From a bacterium (GTDB taxonomy: Bacteria; Joyebacterota; Joyebacteria; Joyebacterales; Joyebacteraceae): a stretch of 64,000 nucleotides of DNA. Positions 19,301 to 28,137 of the stretch are shown one piece after another. Location of the stretch: assembly GCA_025774245.1 (NCBI GenBank), contig JALGWI010000001.1, positions 20,599 to 84,598 on the forward strand, read 5' to 3'. The position numbers and the translations under genes are program-made. Position 1 is the stretch's first letter. Each line of letters begins with the position of its first letter. The notes beneath the pieces were generated by a model, which worked only from the letters and a program-made list of their open reading frames with translations, did no database searches and was not told the origin of the DNA.

Positions 19301-20196
19301 GGGCCGTCCTGGTCGCGACGGGGACGGCGTTCGAGCCGGCGACCGCCGGCCGCGACGCCTCGCTCGCCGTCGGGCTTGCGGTCCTCTCGGGCCACGCCGA
19401 GGGCGGAGGATCGGGGATCCTCTTCCTCAGGGCCCGGGCAAACGGGCAGGGTCTGACCGACGCGGGTCTCGACCCGCGCTTCCTGCCCGGTCACGCCCCC
19501 GCGACCTCCGCCGATGCCCGCGCGCGCGTCGGGAAGCTCCACGGGGCGCCGGTACCGGCGCCTTCTGTCGGCGACGCCGCCGCGCTGTTTGCAGCCATCG
19601 AAGACGGGAGCGTCCGCGCGGCCCTCGTGGTCGGGGAGGATCCGGTGGCCGGAGCGGACGACCCGGACCGGGTCCGCCGCGTCCTCGGGAAGCTCGACTT
19701 CCTGGCCGTCCTCGACGTCGGGGAGACGGAGACGACGCCACTCGCGGCCGCCGTCCTGCCGCTCGCCTCGCTCGGCGAGCGGGCCGGGACGTTCACGAAC
19801 AGCGAGCGGCGAGTGCAGCGCGTGGGCGGGCCCCTCGCGCCGCCCTCGGGTCGCACGAACCTCGAGGTGCTCGGCGCCCTGGCCGTAGGCCTGGGACTCG
19901 GGACGGTCGAGACCGACGCGATCGCGGTGGCGAAGGAGGCCGGCGCTGCCTGGAACGGCACAGGCAACGCCGGAGGCAGTGCGGCCGACGGCTTCCGCTG
20001 GGGGGGCGAGACCCTCTACCCGGACCGCTTCGCGACCGGAACCGGGCGCGCGGACCTCTCGGTCCCGGAGCCTCGCACGCCTGCCGTCGTGTTCGATCCC
20101 CGCTGGGCCGATCCTCTGGAGGGCCGGCTCTCCCATTACGCCGAGGACGCCGGGCTCCCGCCGCACGTCGTCGCGCGCGGGGGAGATCGACCTTGA
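16336..20196 (+). CDS. Large multidomain Fe-S flavoprotein: N-terminal [2Fe-2S] ferredoxin, GltD/NfnB-like FAD/NAD(P)H oxidoreductase, 2x[4Fe-4S], and a NuoG/formate-dehydrogenase-like molybdopterin-oxidoreductase domain that appears to lack a catalytic Cys/Sec
   Basis: Track ORF (1286 aa). 2Fe-2S: TLCDDPQLPPFTSCWICAV...SCGTR. GltD-like: GRRVAMVGAGPGSLTAAYYLA...HVAVIGGGNTAVDAA. 4Fe-4S: CILCGRCIRIC, CESCGQCVTSCP. MopB-type: CSFCGTGCAIV...C. I saw no hydrogenase H-cluster motifs and no Sec/Cys in the FdhA active-site position. Confidence 0.65.
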   Translation: MALIKISLNGREVEVDAASTILEAARQHGIEIPTLCDDPQLPPFTSCWICAVKLEGMKRYIPSCGTRVAPGMKIWTDTDDVRAVRKMALELLLSNHRGDCVAPCKAACPAGVDVQGYIALISQGKYREAAKLVKEVNPFPLSIGRVCTRPCESECRRNAVDGPVGIDYLKRFAADWDAGHDDAYVPTTAASTGRRVAMVGAGPGSLTAAYYLAQKGHEVTIMEALPAAGGMLRYGIPEYRLPKKTLDTEIGLITTLGVRVEYNKALGRDFKLADLFADGYDAVFLGLGAMGSRKMKVPGEELEGVWAGTEFLKKMGLGEDVAIGKHVAVIGGGNTAVDAARTSLRLGAEKVTIVYRRSRTEMPAWDVEVEAALEEGVEMHFLAAPTRIEGEGACERMEFIRMELGEPDESGRRRPVPVEGSEAMLEVDNVIAAIGQVPDLSAIHETVESDPESLEAKLELTRWGTIVADETTGATSVERVYSGGDVARGAATAIEAIADGGKAAAAIHSYLTGETEYVPPSYFNITKERWDSFPESQLVGIERSERERMPELGVEERIRIFEEVELGYTEEQARREAARCLECGCVGAFTCQLREYAAEYGASSDRFGGEVVEDPADERHPFIRLEPEKCILCGRCIRICQEVEGAAALGFFRRGFQTQMKPALEQALAGTTCESCGQCVTSCPTAAISAVADLPKPGPWALEATRSTCSFCGTGCAIVLRTVEGSLATIEPAPDAGINEGNLCVRGRFGHLAAGERLASPLVKRNGKPAAASWDDAVGLVSKRLMAVAREHGPGAVAVFGSPGLTNEEAYRLQQLARAGLGTPNVASFGLARESAVFEALSRAFGRAASTASYADLRSAETILLIDSDIAEEETVSGIAIRKAVAAGARLVVISPDETRMARLADVWIRVGRADVGSVLAAMIEHATSKGLAGPARVTQGVDNLEEFKAAVAAISEGGRVAEGEPVVKGGDTTDAIVAAAEAYASASRAVLVATGTAFEPATAGRDASLAVGLAVLSGHAEGGGSGILFLRARANGQGLTDAGLDPRFLPGHAPATSADARARVGKLHGAPVPAPSVGDAAALFAAIEDGSVRAALVVGEDPVAGADDPDRVRRVLGKLDFLAVLDVGETETTPLAAAVLPLASLGERAGTFTNSERRVQRVGGPLAPPSGRTNLEVLGALAVGLGLGTVETDAIAVAKEAGAAWNGTGNAGGSAADGFRWGGETLYPDRFATGTGRADLSVPEPRTPAVVFDPRWADPLEGRLSHYAEDAGLPPHVVARGGDRP

Positions 20197-20307
20197 CTTG
20201 GGGCCCATCCGTTTCTACCATGATGCTCATCCTTCGAGCCTTGGGCAGGGACCCCGGCGGGGGTCTCTGCGGACCAGGAGCCACACGTTAGAACCGTCGG
20301 AGGCACT

Positions 20308-20496
20308 ATGGCAGTTCCCAAGAAGAAGACGTCGAAGGCGAGGGGGAGAAAGCGAAGGACGCACAAGAAAGCGGTTCGTCCCTCATTTTCTGCCTGCCCT
20401 TCGTGCGGCGAGCCCAAGCTCTCGCACCGCGTCTGCCCGCACTGCGGAACGTACAACGGGCGCGAGATCGTGAGCGGGGAGAAGGAGAAGGAATAG
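20308..20496 (+). CDS. rpmF: 50S ribosomal protein L32
   Basis: [21 protein letters not shown]...[25 protein letters not shown]. 62 aa. Confidence 0.85.
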   Translation: MAVPKKKTSKARGRKRRTHKKAVRPSFSACPSCGEPKLSHRVCPHCGTYNGREIVSGEKEKE

Positions 20497-20497
20497 C

Positions 20498-21532
20498 GTG
20501 CCGGGTGTCCCGGGAAGCCGCCAGGCAGGCGGCGCCGATGAGACCACGAAGCCGGTTCGGATCGCGGTGGACGCGATGGGGGGGGATAACGCGCCGGCCG
20601 TCGAGGTGGAGGGGGCACTGGCCGCTGCGCGGGCGTCCGGCGGGCGGGTCGATGTCGTCCTGGTCGGGCGGACCGACCTGATCGAGGAGGAGCTCAGGAA
20701 GCACGACCGCGATGGAGTCGGCGTCTCCGTCGTCCACGCGGACGAGGTGATCGGGATGGGCGAGTCCCCCGCGAACGCCGTGCGGAGGAAGCGCAACTCC
20801 TCGATCGTCGTGGCGACCGGGCTTCACAGACAGGGCGAGGTCGACGGGCTCGTCAGCGCCGGCAACACCGGAGCCGCCGTGGCGTCGGCACTTCTCGGGC
20901 TCGGGATGCTCTCGAGCGTCCGGCGCCCGGCCATCGCGAGCCTCTTCCCGACCGTGGAGGAGCCCTCGCTCGTTCTCGACGTCGGCGCCAGCATCGACAG
21001 CCGCCCGAGCGACCTTCTCGAGTTCGCGTTGATGGGCGACGCCTTTGTGCAGTACGTGATGGGCCGCGAGAAGCCGCGCGTGGCCCTCATGAACATCGGC
21101 GAGGAGAGCACCAAGGGGAGCGAGCTCACGCAGGAGGCTTACCGCCTCCTCTCCGAGAGCCCGCTCAACTTCATCGGGAACGTCGAGGGCAGGAGCTTCC
21201 TGCGGGGCCGCGCCGACGTGGTCGTCTGCGACGGGTTCGTCGGGAACGTCATGCTCAAGCTCACCGAGGGCGTCATCGACATCATCACGAGCGTCCTCAG
21301 GGACGGTGGAGACAGAGACGGCCTCGCCGCCCTGAAGAGGGAGTTCGACTACGCGGAGTACGGCGGCGCTCCCCTTCTCGGGGTCAACGGCGTCGTCATC
21401 ATCGCTCACGGGAGTTCCTCGGCGAAGGCGATCATGAACGCCGTCAAGGTGGCGGCACGCTTCGTCGATACGGATCTCGACGAGAAGATCGTGAGCCGAC
21501 TCAAGGAGACAGCGACCCAGAATGGCCGATAG
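20498..21532 (+). CDS. plsX: Phosphate acyltransferase PlsX
   Basis: GTG start 2 nt after the rpmF stop. Motifs IAVDAMGGDNAP, SAGNTGA, CDGFVGNVMLK. Confidence 0.85.
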   Translation: MPGVPGSRQAGGADETTKPVRIAVDAMGGDNAPAVEVEGALAAARASGGRVDVVLVGRTDLIEEELRKHDRDGVGVSVVHADEVIGMGESPANAVRRKRNSSIVVATGLHRQGEVDGLVSAGNTGAAVASALLGLGMLSSVRRPAIASLFPTVEEPSLVLDVGASIDSRPSDLLEFALMGDAFVQYVMGREKPRVALMNIGEESTKGSELTQEAYRLLSESPLNFIGNVEGRSFLRGRADVVVCDGFVGNVMLKLTEGVIDIITSVLRDGGDRDGLAALKREFDYAEYGGAPLLGVNGVVIIAHGSSSAKAIMNAVKVAARFVDTDLDEKIVSRLKETATQNGR

Positions 21533-22514
21533 CAAGAAGACAGCCTACATCGCGGGGCTCGGCATGGCCGTTCCTCCGAAGGTGGTGACGAACGACGACT
21601 TCTCGAAGTTCCTCGACACCACGGACGAGTGGATCACGCAGATGACCGGGATCAAGGAACGTCGATACATCGACGAGAACACGGCGACTTCGGACCTCGC
21701 CACGGAGGCGGCCAGGAAGGCGCTTGCGAGCGCGGGCGTCGATCCCGGAGAGATCGACATCATCATCATCGCCACCGCGACCCCGGACACGCTCTTCCCG
21801 ACGACGGCGTGCCTCGTGCAGCACGCGATCGGCGCGAAGAACGCGTTCGCCTACGACGTGGCCGCCGCCTGTAGCGGCTTCATCTTCGCCCTCGTGCAGG
21901 CGCTGCAGTTCATCGTGGCGGGCACCGTCGAGACCGCCCTCGTCATCGGCGCGGAGACCCTGACGACGGTCGCGGACATGACCGACAGGAACACGTGCGT
22001 CCTGTTCGGGGACGGCGCCGGCGCGGTCGTCGTCAAGGGCTGCGATCCTCCCCGCGGGATCATCGACCACTACCTCCGTTGCGACGGGTCCTTGAGCGAG
22101 TACATCAAGCTCCCGGGCGGCGGTTCGAGGAGGCCCCCGTCCCACGAGACCGTGAACGAGCGGCTCCACTACATCAAGATGCAGGGGCGCAAGGTCTACG
22201 TGAACGCCGTCAAGGAGATGGGCGACGCGGTCGTCACGGTCCTCGAGAGGCAGGGGCTCACGGGAGACGACCTCGACCTCCTGTTCCCGCACCAGGCGAA
22301 CATCCGCATCATCCAGGCCGTCGCCGAGCGGGCCGGCTTGCCGATGGAGAAGGTCTACGTCAACATCCAGAAGTACGGCAACACCTCCGCGGCCTCGATT
22401 CCTCTCGCGCTCGCGGAAGCGGCGGAGGAGGGCAGGCTCAAGGAGGGGATGCTCATCGCGATGGTCGCCTTCGGCTCCGGATTCACGTGGGGATCGGCGC
22501 TCATGCGCTGGTAG
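21522..22514 (+). CDS. fabH: 3-oxoacyl-ACP synthase III
   Basis: AAACSGFIF active-site Cys region and the conserved HQAN and GNTSAAS motifs. Confidence 0.85.
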   Translation: MADSKKTAYIAGLGMAVPPKVVTNDDFSKFLDTTDEWITQMTGIKERRYIDENTATSDLATEAARKALASAGVDPGEIDIIIIATATPDTLFPTTACLVQHAIGAKNAFAYDVAAACSGFIFALVQALQFIVAGTVETALVIGAETLTTVADMTDRNTCVLFGDGAGAVVVKGCDPPRGIIDHYLRCDGSLSEYIKLPGGGSRRPPSHETVNERLHYIKMQGRKVYVNAVKEMGDAVVTVLERQGLTGDDLDLLFPHQANIRIIQAVAERAGLPMEKVYVNIQKYGNTSAASIPLALAEAAEEGRLKEGMLIAMVAFGSGFTWGSALMRW

Positions 22515-22567
22515 CACCCGGGGCGGCTCCCGGATCACGGGGCCGCCGCCACGAAAGGTCTCCCGCC

Positions 22568-23506
22568 ATGGAACGGATAGCGTTCCTCTTCCCGGGACAG
22601 GGCTCGCAGGCCGTGGGCATGGCCGAGGATCTCTACGAGAACTCGGGCAGCGTCCGCGAGATCTACGAGCGCGCCTCCGAGGCGATCGACCTCGACCTCG
22701 CGAGCCTCACGTTCGACGGCCCGGAGGAGGAGCTCAAGAAGACGGTCAACACCCAGCCGGCGCTCCTTGTGGCGAGTGTCGCCGCCCACACGCTCCTCGT
22801 CGAGCGGGGCGTCGAGCCCTGGGCCGCGGCCGGCCACAGCCTCGGCGAGTACAGCGCGCTCGTGGCGGCGAAGAGCCTGACCCTCGAGGACGCCGTCCGC
22901 GCGGTCCGCGAGCGTGGCAGGCTGATGTACGAAGCAGGCCTCGAGCGCCCCGGCACGATGGCCGCCGTGATCGGCCTGACGGAAGATCAGATCGAGCCGA
23001 TCGTCAAAGAGGCCGCCCTGGACGGAGTCGTCCAGATTGCGAACCTCAACGCCCCGACCCAGATCGTGATCTCGGGAGAGGTCGCGGCCGTGAAGCGCGC
23101 GATGGATCTCGCGGCGACCGGCGGGGCGAGGCGCGTGATCCAGCTGAACGTCAGCGGCGCATTCCACTCGGAGCTCCTGGAATCGGCGCGCCGGGGGCTC
23201 GCCGAGCTCCTCGACCGCACGACCTTCGAGCAGCCGCAGTGCTTCTTCGTCTCGAACGTCACGGGCACGGCGATCGAAGACCCGGAGGAGATCCGCCGGA
23301 GGCTCGCGCAGCAGATCGTCAAACCTGTTCGCTGGGCCGACTGCATGCGGGCCCTCGTGAACCGCAAGGCCTCGCTCATGGTCGAGGTCGGCCCGGGCAA
23401 CGTGCTCCGCGGCCTCATGAGGAAGATCGAGCCCGAGGTGAGAGCAGTGAGCGCCGGGCGGATCGGCGACATCGACAAGCTTCCGGCCGCGATAGCGGCC
23501 GGCTGA
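22568..23506 (+). CDS. fabD: Malonyl-CoA:ACP transacylase
   Basis: In the frame of track ORF 21995..23506. Start at M192 (MERIAFLFPGQGSQAVGM). GHSLGEYSAL active-site Ser motif. Confidence 0.85.
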   Translation: MERIAFLFPGQGSQAVGMAEDLYENSGSVREIYERASEAIDLDLASLTFDGPEEELKKTVNTQPALLVASVAAHTLLVERGVEPWAAAGHSLGEYSALVAAKSLTLEDAVRAVRERGRLMYEAGLERPGTMAAVIGLTEDQIEPIVKEAALDGVVQIANLNAPTQIVISGEVAAVKRAMDLAATGGARRVIQLNVSGAFHSELLESARRGLAELLDRTTFEQPQCFFVSNVTGTAIEDPEEIRRRLAQQIVKPVRWADCMRALVNRKASLMVEVGPGNVLRGLMRKIEPEVRAVSAGRIGDIDKLPAAIAAG

Positions 23507-23546
23507 GCGGTGCTCGTCCGAGCGCGAAGGAGGAAGGGGAGGAGCG

Positions 23547-24287
23547 ATGACCCTCGAAGGGAGAAAGGCCGTCGTCACCGGCGGCGGTCAGGGGATCGGA
23601 AAGGCGATCGCCCTCAAACTCGCTTCGCTCGGCGCGGCCGTCGCCGCGGTCGACATCAACAAGAAGGGCGCGAAGGAGGTCGCACACGAGATCGCCGAGT
23701 CCGGTGGAGCGGCTTTCGCCTATCGGCTCGACGTGTCCGACGCGGAAGAGGCGACCGAGGTCATGAAGTCCGCGGCCGAGGATCTCGGCGGGATCGATGT
23801 CTTGGTGAATAACGCGGGCGTCACGCGCGACAACCTCATCATCAGAATGTCCCCGGCCGACTGGGATCACGTGCTCCAGGTGAACCTCACCGGCGCCTTC
23901 AACTGCATCCGGGCCGTGGCGCGGGGCATGATGAGCCAGAGGTACGGGAGGATCGTCAACATCTCCTCGATCATCGGTCAGGTGGGGAACATCGGCCAGG
24001 CGAACTACGCGGCCTCGAAGGCGGGGCTCATCGCCCTTACGAAGACCGTGGCGAGGGAGCTCGGACCGCGCGGCATCACGGCGAACGCCGTCGCGCCGGG
24101 CTTCATCGAGACGGCGATGACGGAGTCACTCTCGGAGAAGGTGAAGGAGGAGTTCGCCGCGAAGATCCTCTTGAGGAGGCTCGGAACGCCCGAGGACGTC
24201 GCGAATCTGGTTGCGTTCCTCGCGTCGGATGAGGGAAACTACATAACCGGTCAAACGATCAACATTGATGGAGGGATGGTCTGGTAG
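23547..24287 (+). CDS. fabG: 3-oxoacyl-ACP reductase
   Basis: SDR motifs TGGGQGIGKAIA, NNAG, YAASKAG. 246 aa. Confidence 0.85.
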   Translation: MTLEGRKAVVTGGGQGIGKAIALKLASLGAAVAAVDINKKGAKEVAHEIAESGGAAFAYRLDVSDAEEATEVMKSAAEDLGGIDVLVNNAGVTRDNLIIRMSPADWDHVLQVNLTGAFNCIRAVARGMMSQRYGRIVNISSIIGQVGNIGQANYAASKAGLIALTKTVARELGPRGITANAVAPGFIETAMTESLSEKVKEEFAAKILLRRLGTPEDVANLVAFLASDEGNYITGQTINIDGGMVW

Positions 24288-24335
24288 CGTTTTGGCCGTC
24301 CCGGGTGCAGGAGAGAGCGAGGGGGAGAACCTCAC

Positions 24336-24584
24336 ATGGCAGACGTGACAGAGAAGGTGAGACAGGTCATAGCGGAGAAGCTCCAGATCGACGCCGGGCA
24401 GGTGACGATTGAGGCGTCGATCGTCGAGGACCTCGGGGCGGACTCGCTCGAGCAGGCCGACATTCTCTTCTCTCTCGAGGACGAGTTCGGCATCACGGCG
24501 GACGACACCGACGAGGCGGAAGGCCTCAAGACCGTCGGCGACATCGTGACCTACCTCGAGAAGAAGGTGGAGGCCGCTTCGTAG
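24336..24584 (+). CDS. acpP: Acyl carrier protein
   Basis: [21 protein letters not shown] (phosphopantetheine Ser in the DSL motif). 82 aa. Confidence 0.85.
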   Translation: MADVTEKVRQVIAEKLQIDAGQVTIEASIVEDLGADSLEQADILFSLEDEFGITADDTDEAEGLKTVGDIVTYLEKKVEAAS

Positions 24585-24750
24585 CACACAGGTTGGGGCG
24601 GCCGGGGTCCCGCGACGATGTCGGGCCCGCGGCCGCCCTCATTCGATTCCCCGACGGGCCCACGGGCGCGGCCGGCGGCGGCCGCGGCATCGAACAGGGC
24701 GCGTGCGGGGAAGGTCCTCCCACGAAGGGAAGGGCCAGGAGAGGGCAGGA

Positions 24751-25992
24751 ATGTCTCGGAGAGTGGTGGTCACCGGCATGGGGGCAGTGAGTCCCCTCGG
24801 AATGAGTGTAGAGAGCACCTGGGAGTCCCTCCTGGCCGGCAAGAGCGGCGCCGGTCCCGTCCGGGCGTTCGACGCGTCCGGTTTCCTCGTGCGCATCGCG
24901 TGCGAGGTGAAGGGCTTCGACGTCGAGGCCTTCATGGACAAGAGGGACGCCAGGAAGATGGACCTCTGCACGCAGTACGCGGTGGCCGCTGGAACGATGG
25001 CCTGGAAGGACGCCGGTTTCGACGGGGGAGGTTTCGATCCCGAAGCGACCGGTGTGATCGTCGGATCCGGAGTAGGGGGGATCCAGACCTTTGGGACCCA
25101 GCATTCGATTCTCATGGAGAAAGGGCCGCGTCGCGTCAGCCCGTTCTTCATCCCGATGATGATCGCGGACATGCCGTCGGGTGCGATCTCGATCAAGCTC
25201 GGACTCAAGGGGCCGAACTTCGCCACGGTCTCCGCCTGCGCGTCGGGCGCTCACGCGATCGGCGTGGCGTTCCGCGCGATCGCGCGCGGCGACGCCGACG
25301 TCGTCGTGAGCGGCGGAGCCGAAGCCGCCGTCTGTCCGATCGCCCTTGCGGGATTCGCCAACATGAAGGCGATCTCCACGAGGAACGACGACCCCGAGAA
25401 GGCATCGAGGCCGTTCGACGCGGACCGTGACGGCTTCGTGCTGGGCGAGGGAGCCGGCATCGTTGTGCTCGAGGAGCTCGAGCGCGCGAAGGCCCGCGGC
25501 GCGCGGGTACACGCGGAGGTCGTCGGCTACGCGGCGACCGCCGACGCGCACCATATCACGGCGCCTGCGCCCGACGGCGAGGGCGGCGCGAGGGCGATGG
25601 CGACGGCGATCGCCGACGCCGGGATCGCTCCCGAAGACATCCAGTACGTCAACGCGCACGGCACGTCGACCCCCCTGAACGACAAGTTCGAGACCGCCGC
25701 ACTGAAGACGGTCTTTGGCGACCACGTTGCGAAGCTGGCCGTTTCGTCGACGAAGTCGATGACCGGTCACCTCCTCGGCGCGGCCGGCGGTGTCGAGTTC
25801 ATCTTCACCGCCCTCGCCACCAGGGAATCCGTGATCCCGCCGACGATCAACTACGAGACGCCGGATCCTGAGTGCGATCTCGACTACGTTCCCAACCAGG
25901 CCAGGGAAGCGAATGTCACCTTCGCGCTGACGAACTCGTTCGGTTTCGGAGGGCACAACGCAGTTCTTGCCGTCCGCCGGTTCGAGGAGTAG
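24751..25992 (+). CDS. fabF: 3-oxoacyl-ACP synthase II
   Basis: In track ORF 24703..25992. Start at M17 ([17 protein letters not shown]). [10 protein letters not shown] active-site Cys, [19 protein letters not shown] motifs. Confidence 0.85.
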   Translation: MSRRVVVTGMGAVSPLGMSVESTWESLLAGKSGAGPVRAFDASGFLVRIACEVKGFDVEAFMDKRDARKMDLCTQYAVAAGTMAWKDAGFDGGGFDPEATGVIVGSGVGGIQTFGTQHSILMEKGPRRVSPFFIPMMIADMPSGAISIKLGLKGPNFATVSACASGAHAIGVAFRAIARGDADVVVSGGAEAAVCPIALAGFANMKAISTRNDDPEKASRPFDADRDGFVLGEGAGIVVLEELERAKARGARVHAEVVGYAATADAHHITAPAPDGEGGARAMATAIADAGIAPEDIQYVNAHGTSTPLNDKFETAALKTVFGDHVAKLAVSSTKSMTGHLLGAAGGVEFIFTALATRESVIPPTINYETPDPECDLDYVPNQAREANVTFALTNSFGFGGHNAVLAVRRFEE

Positions 25993-26005
25993 CGACGACG
26001 CGCCC

Positions 26006-26860
26006 ATGGCCAAAACCAATCGTCTGATTCAGCGACTCAAAGCGCTCAGGAAGCGCGACTCCGGCATTCCGCGGGAGAGGCAGCGATCGCTTCGGCGGCT
26101 CTGCGATCTCCTTGGCGTCCGGTTTCTCGATCTGCGTCTGTTGAACCAGGCGCTCATGCACCGTTCGTACGTGCATGACGTCGCCCTGGACAGGGGCGAG
26201 TCGAACGAGCGGATGGAGTTTCTGGGCGATGCGGTCCTGGGACTCCTCGTCAACGAGCACCTCTACGCGCGCTTCGAGCAGAGGCAGGAGGGGAGGCTCA
26301 CTAAGATCAAGTCGCTCGTCGTGAGCGAGCCGATCCTCATGAAGAGGGCGGAGGAGATCTCGCTCGGCGACTACATCCTGCTCTCGGAGAACGAGCGGCT
26401 CTCCGGCGGCGCGATGAGGGCCTCGATCCTGTCGGACGCCTTCGAAGCCGTGATCGGCGCGATCTATCTCGACTCGGGACTGCTGGCCGCCCGCGGGTTC
26501 GTCGAGAGGCACCTGCTTCTGGGCATCGACGAGCTGCTCGAGATCGACGAGTACAAGAACTACAAGAGCATGGTCCAGGAACACGCCCAGAAGAAGATGG
26601 GGTCGAGACCCCGGTACCGCGTCGTCTCCGCCAAGGGTCCCGAGCACGAGCGGACCTTCTTCGTCGAGCTCCGGCTCGGCGGTCGCGCCCTCGGGCGGGG
26701 CGAAGGGAAGAACAAGAAAGAAGCCGAGCAGCTGGCGGCGAGGAACGCCCTTGCGAAGCTCGGCCTGCTGGCTGAGAACAACGGCCGACGCCGGTCCAGG
26801 TCGCGGCGCTCCCGCCGCGGGCGGCGCCCGCGCCAAAGGAAGAAGGGGGGCGCGAAATGA
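26006..26860 (+). CDS. rnc: Ribonuclease III with a long Arg-rich C-terminal extension
   Basis: In track ORF 25967..26860. Start at M14. Motifs ERMEFLGDAVL (RNase III signature) and a dsRBD, followed by a ...RRRSRSRRSRRGRRPRQRKKGGAK tail. Confidence 0.8.
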   Translation: MAKTNRLIQRLKALRKRDSGIPRERQRSLRRLCDLLGVRFLDLRLLNQALMHRSYVHDVALDRGESNERMEFLGDAVLGLLVNEHLYARFEQRQEGRLTKIKSLVVSEPILMKRAEEISLGDYILLSENERLSGGAMRASILSDAFEAVIGAIYLDSGLLAARGFVERHLLLGIDELLEIDEYKNYKSMVQEHAQKKMGSRPRYRVVSAKGPEHERTFFVELRLGGRALGRGEGKNKKEAEQLAARNALAKLGLLAENNGRRRSRSRRSRRGRRPRQRKKGGAK

Positions 26861-28056
26861 GCTCGACCCTCACCGAGAAGGAAGCCGCGGGCTCGCGGCT
26901 GACCGAAGAGCAGCAGATGTTGAAGGAGCTCTGCGCGCAGATCGCCCGCGAGAAGATCCTCCCCGTCCGCGCCGAGTACGACGAGACCGGCGACTTCCCG
27001 TGGGACGTCGTCAAGGTCATGGCCGACTCGGACATCTACGGGGTCTACATCCCGGAGGAGTACGGCGGGTTCGGGGGCGGCGTCACCGAGATGTGCATCG
27101 CCACCGAGGAGCTGTCGAAGGTCTGCGGCGGGATCGCGCTCGCCTTCGCCGCCTCGGCGCTCGGCGCCTACCCGATCCTCCTCTTTGGGAACGACGAGCA
27201 GAAGGCGAAGTACCTGCCGCCGATCGCTGCGGGCGAGAAGCTCGCAGCCTTCGGGCTCACCGAGGCGAACGCGGGGAGCGACGCCGGCGCCATCGAGACC
27301 AGGGCGGAGCTTCAGGGGGACGAGTACGTCCTGAACGGCACGAAGCAGTGGATCACGAACGGCGGCGAGGCCGAGATCTACACCGTGATCGCGCGCACGA
27401 AGAAGGGGACCGGCATCCGCGGCATCTCGGCGTTCATCGTCGAGAAAGGAACCCCCGGGTTCGACTTCGGCAAGAAGGAGAACAAGATGGGGATCCGCGG
27501 GTCGGCGACCCGCGAGTTGATCTTCCAGGACGTCCACGTGCCGAAGGAGAACCTGCTCGGTCGCGAGGGCATGGGGTTCATAGTCGCGATGCGCACCTTC
27601 GACAAATCGCGGCCCGGCGTTGCGGCGCAGGCGCTCGGCATCGCCGAGGGCGCCTTCGACGAGGCCGTGAAGTACGCGCGGCACCGCGAGCAGTTCGGGC
27701 AGCCGGTCGCGTCGTTCCAGGGGCTCCAGTTCATGCTGGCCGACATGGCGACCCAGATCGAGGCGGCCCGGGCGCTCGTCTACGAGGCGGCGAGGATGGT
27801 CGACTCGGGCGAGAAGGACATCGGCAAGATCTCGGCGATGGCCAAGGTCTTCGCCTCCGACGTGGCCATGAAGGTCACGACCGACGCCGTGCAGGTCATG
27901 GGCGGTTACGGCTACATGAAGGAGTACCCCGTCGAGAAGATGATGCGCGACGCGAAGATCACCCAGATCTACGAGGGCACGAACCAGATCCAGCGCTCGA
28001 TCATCGCCTCGTCGATCATCAAGGAGAGCGCCGCGAAGGAGAAGAGGGGGAAGTAG
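26857..28056 (+). CDS. Acyl-CoA dehydrogenase (short-chain/butyryl-CoA dehydrogenase-like)
   Basis: ATG overlaps the rnc stop (ATGA). FGLTEANAGSDAG, QWITNGG, and the catalytic region YEGTNQIQRSIIA. Confidence 0.8.
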   Translation: MSSTLTEKEAAGSRLTEEQQMLKELCAQIAREKILPVRAEYDETGDFPWDVVKVMADSDIYGVYIPEEYGGFGGGVTEMCIATEELSKVCGGIALAFAASALGAYPILLFGNDEQKAKYLPPIAAGEKLAAFGLTEANAGSDAGAIETRAELQGDEYVLNGTKQWITNGGEAEIYTVIARTKKGTGIRGISAFIVEKGTPGFDFGKKENKMGIRGSATRELIFQDVHVPKENLLGREGMGFIVAMRTFDKSRPGVAAQALGIAEGAFDEAVKYARHREQFGQPVASFQGLQFMLADMATQIEAARALVYEAARMVDSGEKDIGKISAMAKVFASDVAMKVTTDAVQVMGGYGYMKEYPVEKMMRDAKITQIYEGTNQIQRSIIASSIIKESAAKEKRGK

Positions 28057-28137
28057 CGGCGGGGAGTCGCCGGCCCTCGACCGCCGCGCTGCCCGGCGCG
28101 GCGGCCCGAGGCGCCCCCTTCACTCACGGACGGACGC

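Noticed and set aside
16255-20208. 1317-aa ORF on the minus strand
   Set aside because: Entirely antisense to the well-supported Fe-S/flavoprotein fusion gene. The translation is Arg/Gly/Pro/Asp-rich low complexity, typical of stop-poor antisense frames in high-GC DNA.
20197-20307. Possible small gene or DUF177-type ORF between the Fe-S fusion gene and rpmF
   Set aside because: There is no ORF with a start and RBS. Only a GC hairpin (GACCCC ggc GGGGTC) is present, so it is treated as the rpmF leader or terminator region.
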